Below are positions 1 through 12,680 of a DNA stretch of 64,000 nt, one piece after another. Positions within the stretch are counted from its first letter, which is position 1, and each line of letters opens with the position of its first letter. The notes beneath the pieces were generated by a model. The model saw only the letters and a list, made by a program, of their open reading frames with translations, did not search any database and was not told the DNA's origin. Position numbers and translations under genes: made by a program. The stretch is from Eledone cirrhosa (lineage: Eukaryota). The DNA lies in NCBI GenBank assembly GCA_964016885.1, contig OZ024742.1, positions 334,366,001 through 334,430,000 on the forward strand, in the 5' to 3' direction.

Positions 1-508
1 GACTTATTAGTTTCCCAAGTAACCAAACCTGTTGCTATTCCAATAATTCTAGTAGCGTCGCTGTTGCGATCATGCGCTTTATTGTGGTTTTTGTGGTTAT
101 TGCAACGATTTTGCTTTTGTTTTGATTTTTGCCTGTTAAATACGCCGTTTAATGTGTTTAACAGAGTAGCCAATTTGAAAAGCAACGATTTTCTTTTTAT
201 TATTATTGTTGTTTTTAAGTGTGATAGATTGCAGTATTGCTAGAGCCCTCCGGAGAAAATACATGGCGACATTTATTCTGACTCTTTACTTTATGATTTC
301 AAATCCCGCCTGGGTCAACTTTGTCTTTGATCATGACGGAGTCGATAAAATAATGTACCCGTCAAATATTGAAGTCGATTTAATTGGTTTTCTTTTCTCA
401 CATATTGCAGGCTTTTAGGTCTAACGATAGAGACATTGTTGTGTTCTGTTAGTTGTGTTATTGAATTACTTGTCTTTTTTGCCATTGAAAATCTGTTGAT
501 ATTATTGT

Positions 509-686
509 ATTGGGCAGTATCGGTAGTGGGTCGGACACCATGCTTTGACGCATAGAGTTACGGCCCTTGCCATTCTGAGTTCAAATCCCACCGAGCTTAA
601 ACTTTGCCTTTCATCCTTATGGGGTCGATAAAATAAGTACAGTAATGCACTGGGTAATTGCTGGCCTTGTGCCAAAAGTAGAAATA
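509..686 (+). mobile_element. SINE, family S1 (tRNA-like head, GCCTTTCATCC...GGGGTCGATAAAATAAGTAC body)
   Basis: B-box-like GAGTTCAAATCCC followed by a body and GGCCTTGTGCCAAAAGTAGAAA end that recur about ten times in the window; a more decayed copy lies at ~230-435. Confidence 0.8.
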
Positions 687-2097
687 TTGTATTACTGTAG
701 ATGTTGCTTCTGTATTTCTACTGATATGTGTGTGTTTGTTGAGTTCCCTATTTTACGTCTGTTGTTCTTCTGTTTAATGTTATTGTACTTCTGTTGCTGT
801 GCATCTATTGGTGTTATTGTATTTCGTCGATGCTGGTGTACTTTCGTTGATGTACTTCTATTGATATATTTCTGTAGTTCATGTTCATGTTTAAACTTTT
901 GTTTGATGCTGTATTTTTTGTATTTTTTATTATGGCATGTTGGTGAATGTTTGGTACTTTGTGTACCGTTGTACTTCAGAGACTGTTCTACTTCAGTGAC
1001 TGTTGTTATACTTCTCTGAATGCTGTACTTCGGTTGATATATTCCGTTGTTGTATTTCTGTTGATATTAAAATTGGGTTTCTCTTCATGTTATTGCACTT
1101 CCCTTGATGTTGGCATTGTTAGTCATTTCGTCGTGATATTGTTGTTATTATTAACGTTTTCTCTATGTAATGATGTTTTTATCGTTATGGCTGTTGTTGG
1201 GTATATTAATAGTTCGTAGTTATTGCTCTTATTAATGTTCTTTTCTTCGTTTCATTTAGATTAACTCCCGTCACTCGTCTCTTTTACCTTTACGCCATTT
1301 TTTGTTTGTCCTCACCACAATATTCTTTTCTCTTACTACCTTCCCTTCTTCGTCGTTTCCTTTATCTTTTCTCCTCTCCTCGTTGTACTCTCTATATGTC
1401 TAATATTTCTCACAATACATCTTTCCGTAATAATATTTCTCATATTTCTTTGCTCTCCTTCTTCTTCTAGTCTTCCTTCTGTTCAATGCCGTTAACACTG
1501 TTACACTGCTACGTGTTACAGTGATGTACATCTTTTTTAATATGGTTTGTACTTATATGCATTGTTGGGTTGGCTATATTTATTGCAGCTATTGTTTTTT
1601 TTTATAATGCTTCTCATTAAATATGAGGTTCATTGGTACATGTTCGTGTCGTTATTGTTGCAGGCAACAATTACACTAATATATTGTATTTGATGATGTT
1701 GTATTTCACGTGGTACTTGTATTTCTATCATACTCATTGATATGAATATTGTGATATTCTGAAATTGTGTTAGGCGTGGTTGCTGTATTTGTATGGTTGT
1801 GGAAAGATAGTTCTTTACATTATTTTGTGTTCGGTGGGCTCATTCATTCTTGGGGTTATCGCTTGTTCTTCTATGCAATAGTTTATTTGCTACTTGGCGA
1901 GTCATGTGATTCCTCAGATTCGTTCTATGAATTTAACTTATTTCAAATGTAATACTCTGAGTTGGTGCGGGGAGGCAACACTCTACATCTCTGTTTAAAT
2001 TTCTTTAGTTATCTACGTGGTACAAGTTCTAGAGTATTTCTCTCCTACTTGGTAATAGCTTGTGTTTTACGATAATATATATATATATATATAAATT

Positions 2098-2137
<40 letters not shown>

Positions 2138-2336
2138 TATACATATATATTAATGTTGTGAACAACAGTTTTCGTATTTACAGGGTGTAATGGATGCGAC
2201 ATATATTATACGAGAATTGTACACAAATTCAAATAGTATCATTATTATATATATATATATATATATATAATTTATATATATATATTTATATATATATATA
2301 TTTATATATATAATATATATTATATATAAATATATT

Positions 2337-2382
<46 letters not shown>

Positions 2383-2469
2383 GGAACGATCGACTTTCGT
2401 CAAATCGGACCGAGGGAACAATGTTTCCGTTGGTCTTTCCAATTGCTAATACTATCTATCGGTCGCAAC

Positions 2470-2599
2470 TCCAGGTAGAAGGAGCAACGTGAAATAAAGT
2501 GTCTTGCTCAAGGACATAATGCATCGCCTGGTCCAGGAATCGAACTCACAACCTTACGATTGTGAATCCAATTCTCTAACCACTCAGCCACACGCCTTC
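2470..2599 (-). mobile_element. tRNA-derived SINE 5' part, family S2
   Basis: Minus strand GTGGCTGAGTGGTTAG (A box) ... GAGTTCGATTCCTGG (B box) followed by GTCCTTGAGCAAGACACTTTATTTCACGTTGCTCC core. Confidence 0.75.
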
Positions 2600-2604
2600 A
2601 TATT

Positions 2605-2635
<31 letters not shown>

Positions 2636-2646
2636 ATTTATATATT

Positions 2647-2681
<35 letters not shown>

Positions 2682-2705
2682 AATGTATAATAAACAATAC
2701 AATAT

Positions 2706-2783
2706 AATTACCTCATTACCAGAGGTTTCCCGAATAAGACGAATACGAAAAACGTCCTCATTCGTTCATCGGACAAGGCAATT
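2706..2783 (-). ncRNA. Type I hammerhead ribozyme motif (CCGAUGA variant) in inverted pLTR
   Basis: Reverse-complement copy of the 5180-5257 motif. Confidence 0.6.
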
Positions 2784-3254
2784 TAAAACATAGTGAAATA
2801 TTTGAAAAATCTCCTCAAGAAAGTCAAGAGTTTAACGGGCAAAGAAATATACAAATAAAAGTAATGCAAGAGATATATAAAAAAATAAGGAAATATAGTT
2901 AGGGTATGTGTGTATGTCTGTATATACACTGACAAATGTACATATGTGTGTATGTACAAATGCATGTGTATGGTGAAAATGTGTGCGTAAGTACATATAT
3001 GAGGGCAAGTATATTTGTGTATATGTGACCACAAATATGTATATAATATGAGTTGAAAAAGAAATTGTAAAATAATATAGTTAACACACATCCAGATATA
3101 GGTATTAAATATATATACACATACGAGTATGAAAGCACGCGTATAAACGCACACACACGCGCGATCACTTATATGCGGAAGATAAAGAGGGAAGTGAGTG
3201 TAATAGTAAAAAGAAGTGTCATTCTCGATATATGTATACAAATGAAACGCCGAT

Positions 3255-3955
3255 TAAGTACATACCCAGCAATACTAACTCCTTTAAACATAATAATAGG
3301 AAAAGAAAAATAATCTGCCCCCCACCCCCTACTCTTTAGCAGTTAAAACTAATGTAGGCAAAACATTCCTAGAGCTCTTGGATAAACATTTCCCTAGTAC
3401 ACAAAGATACTATAAGATCTTCAATAGAAACTGTGTCTAAATTAGCTACTCCTGCGGTCCCCCTATTAAATCTTATATCATCAATAAGAAAACACCCAGA
3501 GAACATTAAAATTGCTCCTGTAGAGTCAAAAGTGAATGCCCATTACAAGGTAAATGCAACACCAAATCCATTGTATATGCGGCTAAAGTGACAACCATCA
3601 GCAACAACCTACCAGCCACCAGCGAGCGATATGTGGGTATGACACAAGAAAAATTCAAAACGCGTTATTATTCACATGTCGCATCTTTCCGACATCCAGA
3701 AATAAGATTCACAACAGATCTGGCTTGCAGAATATGGAATTTGAAAGAGGTATCCAATATAAATTGGATTGGTCAATTTTGAACCAATCTAAAGAATATG
3801 CAAGAGGAACAAGAAGATGCACACTCTGCATAAGTGAAAAATATTGGATTGTACAGACCTTAAATCACCAAAGACCTGCCTAAACGCAAAAACAGAAATT
3901 TTCACCAGTTGACCACACATGAAATCACACTTGTTTACAGCTCATATAAACTTAA
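3255..3955 (+). pseudogene. PLE C-terminal linker + GIY-YIG endonuclease, disrupted
   Basis: PPYSLAVKTNVGKTFLELLDKHFP...KIFNRN...SYSC; CSCRVKSECPLQGKCNTKSIVYAAKV...RYVGMTQEKFKTRYYSHVASF; stops and frameshifts. Confidence 0.85.
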
Positions 3956-5179
3956 CTCACTTTCAGATACTTATCCTCCATAAACTCTTGTACTTCACTC
4001 TCCTTAAATTATCCTCTTTACAGACTTCTATTTCTGATTTACTTTAATTTTTAACTTTATTTTTCACTTTATTTTCATTTTTAATTCACATCCACCAGTG
4101 AACCCCATACCCCACCCCTACTTTTTGATTCACTTACCTAATATCTTCACATTCCACATTTTAATTCCCCATTTTCTTTCACTACCTGATATTACATGTC
4201 ACTTGCGTTTTCTACTCCAGATATATTCTGTTGTTTCGCAGCCGATTTTATATTGTACTCATTTATTCATACGGCTGGTTTATAATTTGTATCTATGCGT
4301 TTGAGTGTGCATATGTGTGTATACGTTCTGTATATGAATACAAACGCCTCCGTTTGTGTGCGTGCGTACGTATATATATGTGTGTGTATGTGTGTTTTTA
4401 TATCTATGTTTTTGACATACTTATTTATACGTGTGAGTGTATGTGGGTGAATGTATGTGTTTGTGTATGCATATATATGTATAAGTATACGTATATATGT
4501 TTTTTTTTTACATATATATATATATATATAGTCGCGTACGTACGTGTGATTAGATATACATGTGGCGATATATATATTGATATATACGTGCCTCGTGTGT
4601 ATGTATGTACGCATGCATTCGCTTTTGTCTGTACGTATTTATATGTATATATATTTTATATATATATGTGTGTGTACGTGCGTACCTATGTTTGTTTTCT
4701 TTTTTCTGGTGTTAACTGATAACCCCTCCATCTTACTTTCTCTTTGATATAAAAAAATGTTCATTCTCATATATTGTTTCATTTTTATACATATATCGAG
4801 AATGACACTTCATTTTACTATTACACTCCCTTCCCTGTTAATCTTCCGCATATAAATAACCGCGCGTGTGTATGTGTTTATACGCGTGCTTTCATAATCG
4901 TATGTGTATATATCTAATACCTATGTATGCGTATTTGTGGTCACATATACACAAATATACGTGCCCTCATATATGTACTTACGCACACATTTTCACCATA
5001 CACATGCATTTGTACATACACACATATGTACATTTGTGAGTGTATATACATACTTATACACATACCCTAACTATATTTCCTTATTTTTTTTATATATCTC
5101 TTGCATTACTTTTATTTATATATTTTTTTGCCCGTTAAACTCTTGACTTTCTTGAGGAGATTTTTCAAATATTTTACTA

Positions 5180-5257
5180 AATTGCCTTGTCCGATGAACG
5201 AATGAGGATGTTTTTCGCATTCGTCTTATTCGGGAAACCTCTGGTAATGAGGTAATT
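5180..5257 (+). ncRNA. Type I hammerhead ribozyme motif (CCGAUGA variant)
   Basis: Stem I AATTGCCTTGT/ATGAGGTAATT (with G-U), core CCGATGA, stem II CGAATGAGGATG/CGTCTTATTCG, GAAA, short stem III ACC-TCT-GGT, GUA triplet. Confidence 0.65.
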
Positions 5258-5356
5258 ATATTGTATTTTTTATTATACATTAAATTTTGATCTGGTACTT
5301 ACATAGAGCACTCTTCACTCCTATTACTGTTTCAATTTTCAACGGAAACTTCAATA

Positions 5357-5399
<43 letters not shown>

Positions 5400-5407
<8 letters not shown>

Positions 5408-5615
5408 ATAATAATGATACTATTTATATTTATGTATATACTATAAACAACATATGTCCCAAGGCTCTGATACCATCAACACCATGAACACAGTGCTGGC
5501 ATATCTAAGAACTGACAAACTGCCTGATGAGGTCATACCCATTCAATGGCTATCATCGAAATATATATAACAGTAAATAAAGGATTATGAGTTCATGCAA
5601 TTGACTTATGTTTCG

Positions 5616-5616
<1 letters not shown>
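5400..5616 (+). mobile_element. Orphan PLE 3' terminus, same family as 21535-23420
   Basis: 5450-5616 matches 23252-23418; flanked by (TA)n; contains a hammerhead. Confidence 0.8.
5519..5574 (+). ncRNA. Type I hammerhead ribozyme motif
   Basis: ACTGC CTGATGA GGTCATACCCATTCAATGGCTATCATC GAAA TATATA TA ACAGT; palindromic stem III; one stem I mismatch. Confidence 0.7.
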
Positions 5617-5682
<66 letters not shown>

Positions 5683-6227
5683 AATTGTATGCATATATAT
5701 ATGTATGTGTGTGTATTTCGTTATAATAATTTTTCCCATTTCAAGTTTTTTATTTCAGTTTACATATTTTTAGTGGAATGCAGATATTTTTGTTAGAAAA
5801 ATCCATGTTCTTGTTTATATTCAGCTGCTTTCTTTCCTTCTCTGTATAGTGCTTTCCTATAAAATGGAATAACATATATGTAAATATTTACGTGTGATTA
5901 TGTTAGAGAATATATTGAAAATATAAATATCTGATATAGTTTATCGGAAGCTGAATCTTTAATACTCTTTACTCCAATATTTATGTTTGTATCTTAGGTC
6001 AATTATGAACTGAACACAATTAATAGTATATGTTAGATACACAACGTATACGTTTCCATGACATAACAAAATATTTTTAAACCAAATTTAATAAAAGCCT
6101 TTGTTTTAAAATAAAAGATATAGGTTTTGGAACATGTAGACAGTTTTCAGACTATTTTCTTCACTACGTATATATCGCGAATACAAGCGGCCTAAACGGG
6201 GTCTCTCCGAAGCGTCGTTGGAGTAAC

Positions 6228-6372
6228 ATTGTTTCTACTTTTGGCACAAGGCCAGCAATTACCCAGTGCATCACTGGTACTTTATTTTATCGACCCCGGA
6301 AGGATGAAAGGAAAAGTTAACCTAAGCGGGATTTGAACTCAGAATAGAAAGGCCTGTAACTCTATGCGTCAA
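6228..6372 (-). mobile_element. SINE family S1, 5'-truncated
   Basis: Reverse complement of 545-686. Confidence 0.8.
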
Positions 6373-6499
6373 CTAATATATGTTTTCATTCTCCTGTATT
6401 GTTCTCCCAGGTTTTTCCTTGTTGATATTTTCTTACGAACACACACAACATACATATGTACATGCATACACTCACCCACACGCACACCGAGTACATAAC

Positions 6500-6687
6500 T
6501 CTGAGATCTGAGCGTCGCTCAATGTAACGCCGCTTCACATACAAATTAAGAGATCACATCACCTATACTACGGACATGTGGTCAAAATGACTAAAGACTG
6601 AATCGCTAGAGAGATTTTTCGGGCAAAATCAACAGGCAATGGATCTAGGACTGACCTCCAAGAAGAAGAAGAAGAAGAAGAAGAAGA
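6500..6687 (+). pseudogene. Decayed RTE-clade ORF C-terminal fragment ending in (GAA)n
   Basis: Translates LYYGHVVKMTKD*IAREIFRAKSTGNGSR, resembling the RTE RLRWxGHVxRM...G.R.RGRP motif. Confidence 0.5.
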
Positions 6688-7421
6688 CATTGTTGTGTTC
6701 TCTCCCTTCTAATGTTAGGGGTTTTTATGCATTTATGCACTTGCAATAATTAATTTCTTTTTGTATACACTTGTATATGCCCTTGTTTTTCATATGTATT
6801 ATATATTTATTATTTTGTTGTATTTTTGTAACTGACAAATTCACTCCTCCAGTCATAAACACCTCATTTTACAAATAACTATTAATATGGCTAAACAATA
6901 ACACCAGTTTTTTTAAACTTTTATCCATCAAAGCTTGTTATGATATAGAAGTACCTCTACAATGTTATGTTCTGTTACATTATAATCGACAGTAAATCGA
7001 AAACGCAAAAAGCGATGTATAAAGTTTCATCTTCCAATATATACATATATAATCAAAGTTTAGCAAACAGAGAAGTTTACTGTACTTAATATATTTACCC
7101 TTACCGCGCGGTTACAAGTCTCAAAATAAATGGATAATCCATGCGGAACACCATTGAGAAGAAGACTTTCGTCAGAGAGTTCTTCTCACTAGGAGAATAT
7201 AAAATTGCCGAGTTCAAATCACGGACTGGCGCCATACAGAACAGTTCCCGGATAAGGAACAATATTATTTAGTGCCGTGTGTAAAGATAGAAAGCAAGGG
7301 CGGAGAGGTCAATGTCCTGCCACTAGAAATAGCAGCAGTAACAACGACCAAAATGTTATCTCGACCTTAGGGGAGATTAATAATAATAAAGTATGTTTTC
7401 CTACGTGCAAAAAATGCATAT

Positions 7422-7554
7422 AGGGACACATGTATTATCCAACCGTATGCCAATGTGTTTCTATGGCAGGTTAATAAATTATGTCCTGGCTCGTTAATTT
7501 ATTAACCTGCCATAGAACCACATTGGCATACGGTTGGATAATACATGTGTCCCT
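7422..7554. repeat. Fold-back inverted repeat, 60-bp arms, 13-nt loop
   Basis: AGGGACACATGTATTATCC...TTAATAAATTA / TAATTTATTAA...GGATAATACATGTGTCCCT, one mismatch. Confidence 0.9.
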
Positions 7555-7792
7555 CTATACATATATATATATGTGTGTGTCTGTGTGCATGTGTGTGTGT
7601 GTGTGCGTGTGTGAGTGTGTACGTGTGTGTGTGTGTGCGTGTGTGTGTTTGTGCGTGTGTGAGAGTGTATGGATGTACGTATGTATGTTTGTGTGTGTTC
7701 GTAAGAAAAAAATCAACAAGGAAAAACCTGAGAGAACAATACAGGAGAATGAAAATATATATTAGTTTAACGTTAGACAGGTTAAGAAAAGA

Positions 7793-7830
7793 GACTAATC
7801 GTTTCGGATGTTAGTCCTTCATCAGAAGTT
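7793..7830 (-). ncRNA. Degenerate minimal hammerhead motif
   Basis: AACTT CTGATGA AGGACTAACATCC GAAAC GATTAGTC; core boxes intact, stems I/III damaged. Confidence 0.4.
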
Positions 7831-7926
7831 AGACATATGTATAAGGGAAGAAACAAAATGTAGGTGAGATTAAGAAAAAATAAAATAAAAAACATTTTCA
7901 CGAGCAGAGCCTATATGTAGTCAACC

Positions 7927-7977
<51 letters not shown>

Positions 7978-7979
<2 letters not shown>

Positions 7980-9574
7980 AAGGCGGGTAAAATTCCTGAG
8001 ACGCATGGATGAGTTCTCTCCAGCGGTCTCTGTCCCTCATTATCGCTGCCATATCCTGCATCTCCAACAGACCAGTGTCTGTCCTTAGGGCATCAACATA
8101 TGTTAACCTTGGTCTTCCTCTTCTAGTGTGTCCATGTAGGGGCTCCCAAAGGAGCACTGAGTGCAATGTCAACTCTGGATGTCGGTGAGCATGTCCAGCC
8201 AACCTCAGTCTCCTCTGTGTCACTTTTGAGCTGACTTTTGGGATGCTCCCATACAGCTCTGAGTTTTTCATCCTCAGTGTATACTGATTAATGTTCAGAG
8301 CCATCCTCAGCATTCTCGTGTAGCACCCATCCACCATCTGAGTGAGTTTCTTGGTCAGTGTCCAAATCTCAGACCCATACAGCAGCACAGACTCCACTAC
8401 AGCAATGAAGAGGCGGATTTTCAGGTCTCTACGAAGGTCCGACTTCCACACCGATCTCAAGCTGTGGCACGCCGCCCAGGCCTTGCTCTTCCTCTCAACC
8501 ACATCATCCTCCGCATTCCCAATCTTTGCTCCCAAATACAGGAAGTCCTCAACCAATTCCAGCGGCTTCCCGCCTACATTAGTGATCCCCTCTGGCTTCT
8601 CAACATTCTCTACCAGATATTTTGTTTTAGTCTCATTCATTCTCAGCCCCACACTCATCGACACAGTCTCAACCTCCCGCATCAAATCCTCTGCCTCCTT
8701 CACTGTATTTGTCACCAAATTCGTCGGCAAATTCAGCATCCGATACCTTTTTCGCCCCAACTCTCCTGCTCTGAGCCGGTGCTACAGTAAAGCCAGAGTC
8801 CTTGTGTTTCTCCAGTGCAAGGCGCATACAATAGTCCACTACGATGATAAAAAGGTAGGGAGCCAATGTATCTCCCTGGAGCACTCCAGCCAGTATCTCA
8901 AAGAACTCTGTCATCCCATCAGGTGTAATGACTTGGGCTTTGGTGTTGGTGTAGAGCAGTGATATCAGGTCCACTATCCTCTTGGGGACCCCATAAGCCT
9001 GTAAGATCTTCATCAGGCAGTAATGGTCCACAGAATCAAAGGCCTTCCTAAAGTCAATGAAAACCATGACCGCAGGAAGGCACTTTGCTCTAGCTCCCTC
9101 TAATATCCTCCTCAGCATCAGGATGTGACTGGTGGTTGATCTACCCTCTCTAAAGCCGTTCTGGTTGTCCCTGAGCTTCTTCTCCATCTCAGGCTGGATC
9201 CTGTTAAGAATCATCCTGTTGAGGGTCTTTGCCACAAGTGACGTCAGTGAGATCCCCCGGTAGTTGTTGATGTTAGAGAGATCTCCCTTCTTTGGCACTG
9301 GGACGATGTTACTGATCCTCCACTGATTCGGGGCAACTCCTTTCTCCAGTGCCCCGTTACAGAACCCCAGGATGATATCATCAAAATCACACCTCTTCAT
9401 CACCTCTGATGCCACTCCATCTTCTCCATGAGCCTTGCCCTCCTTGATCTTCTTCTTGGCTCTCTGAAGCTCCTCTCTGGTGAAGGGCTCTGTCTCAACA
9501 TCCAGTTCCTCAAACAGCCGCCTGATCTCCCCAGTGCTCTGGGCTGTGGAGGGTGGCTCTCCTAGTAGGGTCCT

Positions 9575-9577
<3 letters not shown>
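7978..9577 (-). mobile_element. 5'-truncated RTE-clade LINE (RT + C-terminus), frameshifted
   Basis: NYRGISL, QNGFREGRST, FIDFRKAFDSV, GVLQGDTLAPYLF, EFAD(D) broken by a frameshift near 8715, LLYGSEIW, RRLRLAGH, GRPRLTY; (TA)n on both flanks. Confidence 0.93.
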
Positions 9578-9622
<45 letters not shown>

Positions 9623-9888
9623 AATATGATATTTTTTTTACCCGAATCTTCCTGGTCGTTCTTTTTCGGCTGTATGGGTGATTTTAGGCATGTGTTGGTA
9701 ATTTAACGATAGTTATAGCTCTGATTTATCCAAATTATTGAGCCCTCTGCCACACATATCGGATTTGTTTATCGTTAATTCGTAGGCTGTTTTTCCGATT
9801 CTCGATTATTCTACTATATATATATATATATATATATATATCATATAAGAAACGGAGAATCAGCGGTGCAACGAATTAAAATTTATTT

Positions 9889-9983
9889 GACATATTACAA
9901 TCGTTTCTCTGGCGACCACCTCGAGGCATGATCGATGCAATGATCGAACCTGACTCTGAAATCCCAAGATCCTCAGATTCGTC
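9889..9983 (-). ncRNA. Type I hammerhead motif with extended stem II
   Basis: GACGAAT CTGAGGA TCTTGG...CCAGA GAAAC GATT GTA ATATGTC; lies in a ~170-bp island between (TA)n runs. Confidence 0.6.
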
Positions 9984-10019
9984 TTGATTCTTCGAAACAG
10001 AGTTTCGAAATATGTATAT

Positions 10020-10053
<34 letters not shown>

Positions 10054-10067
10054 GTGTTTGTGTATAA

Positions 10068-10121
<54 letters not shown>

Positions 10122-10712
10122 AACCTCAAATTTGTTTATGCCAATTAAATATTCATATATTAATGCAGACTTCGACTTAATCTTAGTGAGTGAAATAGGG
10201 TAGTTGGAAAAAATCTTCAGTTGAACTGTTTTTGCAATTCAAACGGTCAGAAAACCTGGTCTGGGATTTAGGCTAAGGGCACGAATAACTCTAAAGTACT
10301 CAGTCACCTGCCCTATAATTCAATTGGAAAACCCATCGTTGAAACCGACAAATATCCATTTACTATAGATACCCAGGCTAACAAGTGCTTACGTGTGTAT
10401 GCATGTCTATACAAGTATGTCTTTATGAATGTATGTAATTAGCTCTGCTTTATGTATTTCTGAATATTTATATGTATAAGCATATATGAAGGAATGTCAT
10501 ACAAAGAAACAAATTTAAACACCAAAACACTCAATATTTTATGTCTGGATGCTATTTTCAATTTTACTTGAATGTGGTAATTATTTTTGGGGGGCAAAGC
10601 TATATTTTTACGACCTGACTGATAGCCCAACTTGAGATTTGTGGTCGTAAAATAGAAAAACTTCATCATTCACTATGTTATTAATATTGTTATTACCATT
10701 ATTCTATGACTC

Positions 10713-11535
<823 letters not shown>

Positions 11536-12080
11536 TGTTTGTATGTGTGCTTGTGTAAGTCGGTGTATATTATATTTATGGGCGCGTATTTGAGGGTAAA
11601 AATGAGCGACGGAATCAAAGAGATGAACATTCATCGTAAGTGAAGAAGTCCCATGGAAGAATGTGTCATCAAAAAGAAGCTAAAGAATGAGAGACAGAGA
11701 CCGAGAGAAAATATAAAGGAAGTAGATATATATTTTGTGGTTGCAAAAAGCCATGTTATATTAGCTACTTCCTTTTTATTCATTACTGATTTGTTATTCC
11801 TTTTAGTTTTCTTTTTACCATTTCTTCATGTAAAATGTTATTTAAGATGTTTTACTGGTTTTTATAGATATTGCTTTCATTCTTGTTCTTAGTGTTATAC
11901 CAATCTTGATGTATGTTTTGTTTTCAGTTTCGTTTATCTACTGACAGCATTTTTTTTATGATTATTTTTTTCCCCTCCTCATTCGTGTCATTTGTATGTT
12001 TAAGAGATACTAAATATCTAGCCACGATGTGAGAGCCTGTACAGGCTTATAGAATGATATATACATATATACATACACAC

Positions 12081-12128
<48 letters not shown>

Positions 12129-12223
12129 TCGCATAAACAATGAATACGCGCACACACACAAACATACCCCAGCGCATAATTGTGGGTATACATACATAAC
12201 CACACACATATTTGAATATATAA

Positions 12224-12267
<44 letters not shown>

Positions 12268-12349
12268 AATGATCAGTTATTGAATAAACCTTTCACTTCA
12301 TGTGTATTGCTCACATTGAAGTCGATGTTTCGTCAGTGCTATATTCATA

Positions 12350-12680
12350 TATGTGAATGAAATGGACCTCGGCCACTTTCGATATTGAGTGTACCGGCTG
12401 ATCAACGGATCAGCGTGCCCGGAGGATTCTACAGACACGCGGAATCTTACCGTAACCTCAGGAAAATTCAGCATGTCACAATAATATGACAGGGCTGGCT
12501 CATTGAATTACTCGTAGAGTCCATATTACGGTCTTCTAAACATTTTCTATTTAATCAATTTCATTCAAAAGTCTTGCATTGACCAAAGCCTACGTTAAAC
12601 GGTACCTGCCAAATATGGCCCACTGTAGGATCGAATTGACAACGTTATAAGTGCGAATCGAACTTCTAAATCAGACAATT
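12350..12680 (-). mobile_element. Decayed SINE family S2
   Basis: Shares CTTACCGTAACCTCAGG...GACAGGGCTGG and CACTGTAGGATCGAA motifs with 43540-43900 and 45130-45395. Confidence 0.5.

Larger units (their letters stand above)
2681..5359 (+). mobile_element. 5'-truncated Penelope-like retroelement with inverted pseudo-LTR
   Basis: 2681-3248 is the reverse complement of 4776-5282; decayed GIY-YIG ORF between the arms; ~75-nt 3' tail beyond the repeat; (TA)n on both sides; hammerhead in each arm. Confidence 0.9.

Noticed and set aside
645-1952. Hydrophobic Cys/Leu/Val-rich ORFs on the plus strand
   Set aside because: Translate decayed (TTG/TTA)-rich low-complexity DNA; no domain motifs or splice structure
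2520-2599. tRNA gene
   Set aside because: A/B boxes present but runs directly into a SINE body with no clean acceptor stem
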